From positions 28,026,001 through 28,090,000 of the forward strand of contig OZ076409.1 in NCBI GenBank assembly GCA_964187785.1: DNA of 64,000 bases. Direction: 5' to 3'. The notes beneath the pieces were generated by a model. It searched no databases. It saw only the letters and a program-made list of their open reading frames with translations, and was not told the origin of the DNA. The stretch comes from Amphiscolops sp. MND2022. Lineage: Eukaryota. The stretch's first letter is position 1, and the number at the start of each line of letters is the position of its first letter. This document shows, piece after piece, positions 13,301-25,300 of the stretch. The position numbers and the translations under genes were made by a program.

Positions 13301-16300
13301 GAATTCATAGTTTGACGGTACGGCTGTTGCAAATCTTCTCCATTACTAAGTAATAAAGTTGCTATTTGAATCTGGCCATTTGTCTTCACGCTTGAAAGGC
13401 TAGTTTTTCAACTACATCGTGTACGAGAAAACTTAACTGCGAAGAATGGAAAAGATGGAAACGGTGTTTGTATTCAACGGAGCTTAGCGAAAGCTCAACT
13501 ATATGTCAATAGTTAAATGTAAAACTCATAAAATCGTTTCCTCCTGATGTTTCCCCTTTTGTGTTTTCGTATTTGATGTAACTTTTCTGTGCACTTGTCA
13601 AATCTGATACTATATTCTGTGAGTGCAGTACACTATATACAATACGATATTCTACAGTGCAGTTTTGGCTGTTCGTGTTACTTACCAATTAAAGCCATGG
13701 CTAATCAGCATTTACCCCGTATCATAGAGAACGATGCTGAGACAGGGGCAAAGTCTACTAATCAGATTCGGCAATGGCCCTCTCGTTCTCGACATAATGA
13801 TGACAACAGTTCCATGGTATCGACAATCCCTCCCGAGGAAATTATTTTTGCTTCCCTGATGAACTTGAAGGCTCAACGCCGTAGCTGCTGATGCAATCTT
13901 GAAACTGATTGATTTCTCGACTAGTGGATAGTTGAATTTCCAAAGCATAGCAAAATAACCAATAGCGTGACGTTTTCACTAATTTTTCTAGATCATGATG
14001 TTAGTAAAGAGTTAAAATTGGCGACTATGGGGGCACGGCAATTCGTACACACGACATTTCGTACACACGACATCTCGTACAAAAACCAAAACCAGACATT
14101 TGGTACAATAGCGAAACCAGACATTTCGTACAAAAACAAAACCAGACATTTCGTACAAAAATGAAACCCGACATTTCGTTCAATTTATATTATACAACTT
14201 ATTATTATAACGTAGTCAGCTATGTTCACATACCCCTAGTGCCCTAAATGCAGGAGCGAAGCGACGTGCCATTTGGCCATGCCTCAATGTTGCTACTGGG
14301 CGAAGGGAGCGAAGCGACCGAGCCATACAACATATATGCTAACCTCTTTAATTGAATCAAGTTCCATACATATTGGCTGTAACGGCACTGAAAGCTAGTA
14401 ATTCTGTTGTTTGAGACCTATTTTGCAAATCTGTTCAATTTAATTTTGTACGAAATGTCGGGTTTCATTTTTGTACCAATTGTCCGTGTACGAAATATCG
14501 GGGTTTTGGCTATTGTACGAAATGTCGTTTGTACGAATTGTCGTGGTGCCGGCCACTTCAAATAAAAACTCTATTTCATGTTATGATGAGAAATTGTCCA
14601 GACGAGAATTCTTAAAGCAACACGTCATTGAAGAATTAAGAAAACTATTTGCTGCGGTACACCTAATATGTAATTGCAATCACTATTTGGGCTTATTGTT
14701 GAAACAGATTTGAAGAGGCACTGTAATTTTTTAAGCAAATTTTGCGAAGGCAGTTTCTCGAAGATGTTTGATTATCAGATGTTTCATCTGGTCTTGAAAG
14801 TTGGGAAGCAAAAATGATGTGTATTTAATGTAGTGGTTGACAGAAACGAACAGATTTTCGGTCAAACGGTTTCATAAAGACAAAATAAACAAAAGCACTA
14901 TCGTAGGGCTCCTCATAGTGATAGTGTTCTGTACTGCCATTATTGTAATGATGAAGCTCACCGAAAACTGTAGAGGAGATATTCCAAAGTACGGCTTCAA
15001 ATGTGCTGGCAAAATACGCAACTCGTCTAAGCCCAATGATGATTACTTCTGCTACGATCCGCAGAAGTTCGGCTGTCATTACCTCAGTCCCGACGAGGAG
15101 ATTCATGTTCACGTGTTCGGAGAGATCAACAGATGCAATGGTGTTCGGTTGACAACCCAAGTACGTTTTGCTCAAAATACTTTATCATGAACTCATCCAA
15201 ATTCTTAGTTTAAAATAAATTATTAGGTTGGAGCTTTTTTTCGGGCTAGTTTCGGGCAGGTGAGAATTTTTTCGGGCTACTTTCGCTGAACTGAGAGTGT
15301 GTTTCATTACTTTGATGTTTTGCACTACAAACTGCCGAGCCCGTAAGATTTTTATTAGTAATTTTAATTTTTGTGGAATGTGCAATACTAACTAGCGTTT
15401 TTCGACTCCTTATAGCGGGCTTGTCATCGCTAGTGTTTCATGAGATGCCACCGGCATCAAAAGCTAAAAGCGTTTAAATATAGCCGAGCTCAACCGAGAA
15501 ACTATTGATGATAAACTCAACTGAGAAAAGGTTGCTTACTGAAGTGTTTTAAATTTTTCCGACGAATTCCCAGGAAATAAATGTACTAATGATTTAAGCC
15601 AAACAAAAAGCTTTGAAACATTGCATTCACTTCTTAACGTTCGTTATCAGGTAGAGAAAATTGTTCTGTGGGATAAAGACCTTTTCCTGCACTTTGGAGA
15701 CGATAATTTGGGAAATTGTGTCATTCAAGATGGTGGATATTTCTACTGTCACCACAGGGGTGTGTTCCTCGTGGAAGGGGTCTCCGAAAACAACCCTCCC
15801 GATCTGTATTTCAAAATCACTATCAATGACACCAACCATGGTAAGCGTTAAATCACTAAACTAAAAGGAACCACGCTGATTTTAAAAATACAGTCATGAA
15901 CTGATTTCAGTCGACACTCATTACAGTATAGTCTCGTTATAGTACAACCCTCGTTTTAGTACACACCTATTAAAAGTCCCAAGCCCCAAATAAGTAAGCA
16001 TACTAGTAAATCTACCCGATATTGTACAGTCTCGTTACTATACAACCCTCGGTATTGTACACTTTTCTCATTGGTCCCATTAGCTGCCGCCACGTGCAAA
16101 CAACCCTCGATATAGTACACGCGTACATGCGCCGGTAATTACATCATAAATTTATGTCATCCAATCATCCGTATTAAGTGCACATAAACAAACAGCTAAC
16201 TTTACACGCCAGCATCAAAGGTGAGCACTGCGCAGTTGAACACAGGGGCCGTGTTGTACAATTAACTGCCCGATACTGTGGTAACCAGGGATATTAACAT

Positions 16301-19300
16301 ATCTTTTCAATTGGAACATTTTATGAAAATAACGTAGTGATTTTCATAAAAAGTGCATTGGCGGAATTTAATTTGCGGCATTCTAATTGATGCAAACAAT
16401 TGATTTTTTCACTTTGCAATTAATTGTTGATAGCCCCTGGTTGAACACCCAACATGAGCGCGACAACAACTGCGGTACCAAAGAGAAACCAGCGTTCGCT
16501 CCTGGACAAATTTACCATTATTAAAGCATTTGAAGCTATACGCAACCAGCCGGGTGCTAAAGCAAAGATTGTCCGCGATTATGGCCTACCAAATACTTCT
16601 TGTTTGAACCGCATCCTAGAGAAGAAAGAGGAAGTTTGTTCAAAATTCGAAAACAATTTTTCGGCCGACCGCAAACGATTTAGAACCAGTTTTTACCCTG
16701 AGCTTGATCGCGATTCATATGCCTGGTTTCTACAGATGCGTTCGCGCAATATAGAACTTTCTGGCGATTTAATTTTACAACAGGCCAGCCGAATGGCAGC
16801 AGAAAAACAAATTCAAAATTTTTCTGCCTCGCAGGGGTTTCTCGGAAGATTTAAACAGAGGTACAACATAAAATTTCGTAAGCTCTATGGCGCTGCGGGC
16901 AGTGTCAACACCGACGTAGTTTCTGGTTGGATGGAAAGACTCCCGAGTATATTGGGCAATTATGAGCCTAAAGACATTTTTAACTGGGACGAGACGGGTC
17001 TATTTTACACTCAATCACACAATGCTTCATTTATTACGTCGGCTGAAAACGAAAATAGAAATTTACGTGGCAGAAATCAAAGAAAACAGCGTATTACTGT
17101 TTTGGTCATGGCCTCAATGGCCGGGGAAAAATTACCACTGGCAGTTATCGGAAAGTACCGAAGCCCTCGTGTTTTCAAGAACGCTAGATTGCCTGTTGAA
17201 TATTATTCACAGAAGAACAGCTGGATGGATGCCAGCATTTTTGAGAAAATTCTTGTAAATTTCGACAAAGCCATGGGAATTCAAAATCGGAAAGTGTTGC
17301 TGTTTATTGACAACTGTAGCGCCCATCCACAGATTTCATTACAAAATGTTACCATTCAGTTTTTCCCGCCCAATGTTACCTCTAAATGTCAGCCTCTAGA
17401 CATGGGCATCATACAGTGTATGAAACACCACTACAAAAACGAAATTCAACGTCGATTTCTTACGGCCGTTAATTGCGGCCAAGACTTGCCGAAAATTACG
17501 TTACTGGACGCATTGTTTTTTCTGAAAAAAGTCTGGTTGCAACAAGTGTCTGCAGCAACAATCAGCAATTGCTTTCGGAAAGCAGGGTTCCAATTACCCG
17601 TTACCTTAGTGACTGATGTTGAAGAAATTGAGACAGAGACTGAGCATACTGACAAGACTTTCGACGACGATAACCTAACCGTGTGTTCCCCAGACACCAC
17701 TGCCCCGGGACCAGACATGGAAGAAGCGACTGAGAATGATTCTGATAATTCGACAGACGCCGATGATTGTGAGGTTCCAACATCTGCGAAGGCATTTCAA
17801 GCGATAAAAACGCTACATCAATATTTCTCGACACATAACGGCGAAGAAGAGGCCCTTATAGTTGATAATTTGTATACTAAACTTGATCGAATCGCTAAAA
17901 ACTCATTATCGCAAGCGCTTGTCACCAGTTATTTCACTGTTGAATAAAAATCTTGTTGAAAATTTTGTATTCGTTATAGTACAACCCCCGGTATAGTACA
18001 CTTTTAGTCTTTCTCCCGAAGAGGTGTACTGTAATGAGTGTCGACTGTAGTTATAAATTTCTTGATGAAAAGGCTAGGACGTTTTAGTCTGTGTCATCGT
18101 TGCACAGTAATTAACATCATGTTAATAACAGCACTGTATTTTACATGTAATTTACTCGTTGCATTCTAACATTTGTTAATTGACAAGTTCATCTAGGGAC
18201 TTTTTGCACAGCTGAGCGAGAGTACATGTAAGCCTGGCGACACTTAAATTATCACTTTCAAATTATTTTATTCCAATCCAGATCAATAATGCCGCCGAAT
18301 AACGGCTACTTGCTTTTCTACCCTAGGTTTGACCTATGGTAAACTGCGTGCTCAAATGGGTATTGAGAAAGCAGGGAAGCTGGCTTTCTTGTTCAGACTC
18401 GTTAATTTATGATATTAATAGGATATGCTGTTATTAACGTGTTTTTTAGTCGGCGCTTTTAATAATAAAAGAGCCCGACTATTACAGTCACTCAGTTTTT
18501 TTTCTTTTTTTAAGACAGACTCGAAGCGACGAACGTTAACGTTCAACTAAAGGAAACTAAATACCAGGGAAACGCAACTAAGTTATTCCCTTTGGTTTTT
18601 TTACTTTTTAAACGTAACCTACAAAACCGAACGGGACTAAAGGGTCCCCCCTTTCGATTTTTTTTCGGCACTGTGCGACTTTTTTTCGAATTTTTTTTGT
18701 CTCCAAAAGGTCCCCTCTTCGATTTTATTTGAGCCTTAGATATAGCGCCGACTTGAGACGTTCCCGTCTGTTTCTTTTATTCAAGACACACCAATGCGTC
18801 CAAAATGCACAAGACTGCCGATATGGGATAAATCAATTGCTGTAGTCGTTACAGCGTTGACTTGCGAAGACTTCAATACATTTGCAAAACTAGACAAGAT
18901 CTCCCCCTTTTGAGCTGTTTCGGAATTTGCAACTTTCTGAAAAAGTTTCATCAGCTGGTGACCCTTCGTTCTTTCCTGTTTTCTTTTGAGAAAAAAAAAC
19001 ATTTTCATACCCTAAACTGCCCCCCTTTGTTTTTCGCCACTAAGCGATTTTTTGAATATTTGTTTTCAAATTTGCTTTTCAATAAATGTTTCAGTTAGGA
19101 AAAATCTTTTTGATTTTTAATCGTTTTTCGAATCTCATGGGTGCCTCATACGGGTATTTTCGGCGCTGAGTTGAATAAAAATCATCAGTTGTCAAGAAAA
19201 GAGGTCTCTTGGTCGCGTGCCGAAGTTTTTTTATTGGATAAAATTATGAATTCAAGTGAGAAAACCTTGTTATTTACAATAAAGCTGTAAGGAAAACAAA

Positions 19301-22300
19301 CAGCCATGGCTAATTCAATTGATTCTTCGAGAAAAAGCCCATGTTTTTTTGTTCCATTGTCTTTTTTATTAACCATGGCTTTCTTAAGAGTCCAAATGCT
19401 GATCCAAACTGATTTGATTGAGGAAATTGGTTGAAGATCTGATTACCCCATTTGTATTTAAAGTTCTCTCGATCATATTTGACTTGTTGCTTTAGATTTC
19501 TGTGGTTCTCAGTCTCGCTGTGTGATCAGCACTCGCCAAGTTGGAACTGTGACTCCCCACCGCAGTGCAGTCAAGTGTCGGTCGCCCGACCCAGAAGTGT
19601 TCACCATTGTCACAGACCCCGATCTGCTCTTCTTATTGGACGAGTCAAGTACGTCACACTCAGTATTCTATAATTCAGTATTACTTTCGAACTTTCAAGT
19701 GAGAAAGTCTAAGCGTCGGTTCAAAAAACGAATGAATTGAAGTGTACAAGTGAGGGAAAATGCGCATATGATTGAAGTGCAGTCAAGATTTCACGTTTCC
19801 TCTCAAGTGATTTTTTTAGGAGTCGGAAAAATTTTTCGACTACTTATGCAATCGTGTTGTTTTTTTTTTCTCCCGACCTTTTCATGAAAATTTCAAATTT
19901 CTCAAAAACTGTCCATACGATTTTCACGAAATTTTGCACAGTCATTCTACACCCAAAGGGGCCCCTGCGTGTGCAAAGCCATCAAAATCGTATGGCTGGG
20001 ATGTGAGAAACATAGCCAAAATTAGCCCAAAAATGGCCAAAAAACAGCCATTTTTCGACTTTTTTCGATTTTCTCAAAAACTGTCCATACGATTCGAACG
20101 AAATTTTCTACAGTTATTCTACACCATATTAGAGTCCTATATGTGCAATGGCATCAAAATCGTATGGCTGGGATGTGAGAAACATAGCCAAAATTAGCCC
20201 AAAAATGGCCAAAAAACAGCCATTTTTCGACTTTTTTCGATTTTCTCAAAAACTGTCCATACGATTCGAACGAAATTTTCTACAGATATTCTACACCATA
20301 TTAGAGTCCTATATGTGCAATGGCATCAAAATCGTATGGCTGGGATGTGAGAAACATAGCCAAAATTAGCCCAAAAATGGTCAAAAAAGGGCCATTTTTC
20401 GACTTCAGAAAAAAACCTAAGCCGACTCCTTTACCGCACATGCGGCTCTGGTTTCAAAAACTCAGCAGTGTTTCGTAAGTGCTCTAAAAACTAGTTTACC
20501 ACCCGGCTGTCAAATAAGGAGACTCGTCGTCTAAAACTGTTTTTTTTTGTCTTTACCTAACCGAAAAACCTAAAATTAGAGAAACTTTTCTAAAAGTGTT
20601 CATGTTCAAAATTCATCATGCTAGCTATTACCAACTATAAAGGTAGTCAGTCTAATAGAAAAAAAAGGTTTGTTCGAGTGACCGCTGTTTTTTATCAGCC
20701 AATAAATCGCTGTAGATGCCGACCCTATAAATCACATGAAATGCAATCATTTGGAGGCTTCCAATCAAGTGCAATAACAAGCCTTGCTTGTCCGCCAATT
20801 TCTCATTGAAGTTTTGATTTGATTCTTAGCAAAGAAATGACGCCGCTTAAGACTTTCTTTAGTGGAATTGTTTTTGCTCATGCTAAAACCGTTCTGCAAC
20901 GTCAGTCAAGGTTTAAGCTCAAATAGGGTTAAGTTTACCAAGTGTTTTTGGGTTTGCATTTTGTCTGGAATTATGCCTTACATCAGAATGAGAGTGACAT
21001 TCATGACAGGATTTCCCGTGTAAACTATTGTTCCAAGTCCACTTCGCCTGCAACTATCATTTAAAGCTGAGCTGTCAATTGAAATTGTAATGAAGCCGAA
21101 ATTTGAATTTGCAGCTTTTCGACCAACAAGGTTGATACGGATAAAATGAAAGCACAAAATAAAGTAGGAGTTAAATATTTTGAAAATCCGAAACAACAGC
21201 GTGCAATGTTTAAAAGTTTGGTTGCCAGATTGTTATTAAACTTAGCTGAGAAATGGCATTACATGCTATTAGGTCCAGCTCGGTGCATTGACGTCGGTAC
21301 ATGTACCGTAGCGCATTTTGTAACACTACACGAAATATCGATCTACACGATTCTGACAAAATACTCGAGGAAACAATCTGAATCAAACAAAAAAAGGTCT
21401 CTTTGTTTCTTTTCAGTCGCCGCTTTTCTTCAAAAAAGCGTCGACGGATCTTTTCTGTTAATTCAATCCCCCCCACAGTAAGCGCGGAAATTTTAATTCC
21501 CCACCACTATCAGCGATGAGTTTCAGTTGCAGTTAAAGCTATAGAATGCTGCAATTTGATTGGTTGTTACTATTAATTCAATCATTATTTCATTTGACCG
21601 CTCAACTGGGGGGGGAATTAACAGAAAAGATCCGCGTCGACTCTAGTCATGGCTTTTCGTCAGTTTATTTTTTCGATGCACCTGAAGTGACTCAAAAAGT
21701 TCTATCAAAAGTTGTACCTGTTGGCCCTTATTGAGATGAAGCGAATGAGTGTTAATTATTCGTTCACGGAGAGCTTCGCCTGCATTTGAATGCGAATGCG
21801 AAACTTTGTCTACGCTTAGTACTTATTTTTGCTTCAGTCGGAGATATATAGGCGGTATAAACTGGTACAGTGACTAATTGTGCGCTAAATAATGATTAAA
21901 CAGGAGTGTATTGGTATTCCAGATATGATCCTATTATTAATGAAAGATTAAAGCAGAAATAATGTGTGCCCGGAGGGGCCTATTTTTTGATATTTTGCAA
22001 CATAATAGATGTTAAAAAATCTCAAAGGTTAAATCCAAGGAAAAAGTGGGTTTCGAATTTTATGCGTATCCCTTCGGGTATTTTTTGGCACTGTAAAATT
22101 GATTAAATTTTAACAATAGTGCCTTTTGCAAATTAAAAACTTTACTTTTTTGAACCTTGAGGGCACCGACTTTGGCCGTTCCCGGCTTGTTTGTTTTGTC
22201 TTCAACATGTGATCTTGCACAGACCCGTGTTTGAAATTAATGTTTTTTCAGGTACAGTGTTTCTAGAAACAAGCCAGCTGGACAATTGGACTGTTTGGAA

Positions 22301-25300
22301 GTGTTATGTCGTCATTGATCTTGACAAATTTGACCAAGGTGTTTGTGAGGCAAACAACAACTGAGCACACTTTCCCACTAACTAAACTATCTGATTTGTT
22401 TATATAGTTGTAGTTTATTTAATCGAATGCTCTAGTTTTTCCATTTTCGGAGTAAACTCTGAATCAATCTTTAATCTTGCTGTTCTCCAGTGTGAAGTGA
22501 TACGATAAAGTGTAAAATAATATGGATCCTACCACTGAATACTGTAAATTCTGATTTGCAATCATAGATTTACGTTGTTCAGTTTTGACTGAATTTAATT
22601 GTCTCGACACAGTTAGTTGAAGCTCTAATTGAGTTGAAGCTCTGCTGTTCCATATCGAACCCTTTGTGCTTCCAAATGATGACATACGGTTGGTTGATGA
22701 AATTGTCTTGGCTACAGAAAAATAATACGCTTCAAAAGTACCGTCAAACTATTTACAGTCAAATCTCATCAGATTTTCTCGATATAACGTAAATTTTTGT
22801 ATGAATTTATCTGGAATTCCTTCCGAGCATTTGAACAATTTTGAGGTTTGACTGTAGTTGGCAGTGGCATTTGAATTTGAATAAGTGTCTAACTTATGGG
22901 TTATTCTTATTCAGGGTGACTTGAAAGCCGACAGTGAGACTTTATTTGAATTGGCTGCGACCGCTCTACAAGAAATTTATGGTGATTTCGAAAGGTAACC
23001 AATCCGAGAAGAAAGTGAATAAGTATATAAATCAAGAAGGGAGTCAAAAAATGTTTCATTTCAGCCTTAAGGTGACAGAAGACTGCTTGAAAAGTACACC
23101 TCTGCTCTCTGTGGATGCATGGTCCAGTGAAGACTCTTTTGCAATTTGGTAATAATTCTCAAACGCCTTTATTATCTTTAATTTTGATATTGAGAACCAG
23201 CAAGTCGAAGAAACCTTGTTTATCTTTGTGGCACCAAAACCAAAAAGCTGTGGAGAACTTAGGCCCACGTTCTTTTGCTTGTAATTTTTTTCAGTGAATT
23301 CCATGAATTGCATTTTTGACAGTATACCGTTGATTTAATTCAAAGACTGTATACAATACAATGTAGTTTTGATATTTTAAAAGCTGTATACTGCGTAAGC
23401 TGAAATGTTGTAAAAAGCGTAACTGCTAGTTTTTTTCCAGATTTCTAACTTTTCATTTCATCGCCACTACAAGTCTTAGCTACTTCAATTCTGATAGCAG
23501 TGATTCAACTCTTTCATTGAGATGAAGCGAACTAGTGTAACTAACTAATTCTTCCGTCAAGAGCTTCACCTGCGTTCAAATATGAATGCCATACGAGTGT
23601 TAACAATTCATCCGCTGAGAGCTTCGCCTGTGTTCAAATACGAATGCGGAACGTCATATGCTTTTTAGCTGTATTTTCGTTTATTCAAGTAACAAAACTT
23701 ATAGTGCAAGATTTGTCCAACACATCTGTTGATAATTATATCCAATTATGTTTTTGGATTGAGAAAGATGCTTTGTTCATTGAACCTTAAAGTTAATGGT
23801 GATTGTATCCTTAAGCAGAAATATTACGGAGCCCTTCTTTTCAGACATTGAAACGACCCAATTGTACGGTAATTTTTATTATTTCTGCGATAGCAGGAAT
23901 ATTATTGAAATCTCAAAATGTCTACATTTTTTCAGTAAAATTCTTCGCATGATGCTGAATAATTCAGATATTTTGTTCGGCAGTGACTATAAGCGTGAGA
24001 ATAAATTTCTCAAGCTGCCGACGACATTTCAATTCTCGTGCGATGGAACGAGCGAGTGGTAGTTATGCATTCGTACGCTGACGTCATTGAGATGAAGCGA
24101 ATGAGTGTTAATTATTCGTTCGTTGAGAGCTTCGCCTGCTTTCGAATGCGAATGCGAAACTTCGTCTGCGCTTAGTAGTTATACATGTTTTCTTTAGTCC
24201 GAGAAGAATTAAAGGCGGTGTAAACTTGTACAGTGATTAATTGTGCGCTAAATAATGATTAAACAGGAGTGTATTGGTTGGTATTCCAGATATGATTTTA
24301 TTATTAATGAAAGTTTAAACAGAAATAGTAGTGTGCCCCGGAGGGGCCTTCTTTTTCGACTTCAGAAATTCTCGCAAAAGTTAGTTTTAAAGTTTCTAAT
24401 TTTGATCGGCTAGATCTGACAACCCTGTTAGAACCAAAGTACGCGTTTGGTGACAAAAGCGACTGGATATCATTCAAACCTAATTTGCGGCCGGTAAATT
24501 GCAACGGCTAAAATTTTGATGATCTAAATGGTCAATTAATACTTTTAGGTTTTCGAGTGTTTGGATTTAACAATTCAATTTTTAAAAAGAGTACTATTTT
24601 GGCATTGGTGGAACAGTTGGCGCAAGGGGTCCTCTGTTTTCGACACCATTTCAATAAGTATGAAAACTTGTGAGATCATGATCAAACTAAGGAATGTAAA
24701 ACTGCACAAAACAACATTGAACTCAAATCCACTAAAATAGGGTACCCACTGTGAGAGCCTGGATCCAGAACTGCTTGAGAACCAAACACCAAACTTTAGA
24801 GTTCTACAAAAAATTTTGATAGCTAAAAATTCGAGAAGTCTACAAAATACTAAGTGTGCGTAAACTTTGGTACCCTACCATATGTCTTTAGGTTGAATAT
24901 TTTACTTTCGTTGTTTCGCACTGTATTTGTATCGGACTGGCATTTTTTAACAAAACTGGTAAAGCCATCAACAATCGTTGGTTGATATGCATCACCGGCT
25001 GTCCTTGCAACTTACAAGTTTTGCTTATGAAACATGTTGCATTTCAATCGCTGAATTAGATCCTTCACACCGGACGACGGTACGCTTAAATAAACCTCAT
25101 TCCAACTGCCCAACTTTTTGTTGTGTCGGTTTGACGAGTTGAATTGTCACAATTTTCCTTGCTTTTCGTTTTCGTGTTTGAGTCTTGTACAGTGTCATTT
25201 TTCGAATGGTGGCGTCTATTGGAGCGAGTAACGTCTAAAATTGTTTCGGGAATAACTTCTAAACGCATTACGTCTAAATATCAATGTTTTAAGATAGGGA

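Noticed and set aside
19895..20405. CRISPR-like array or repeat-protein ORFs
   Set aside because: 172-bp near-identical units with no unique spacers, in a eukaryotic TE; the ORFs are by-products.
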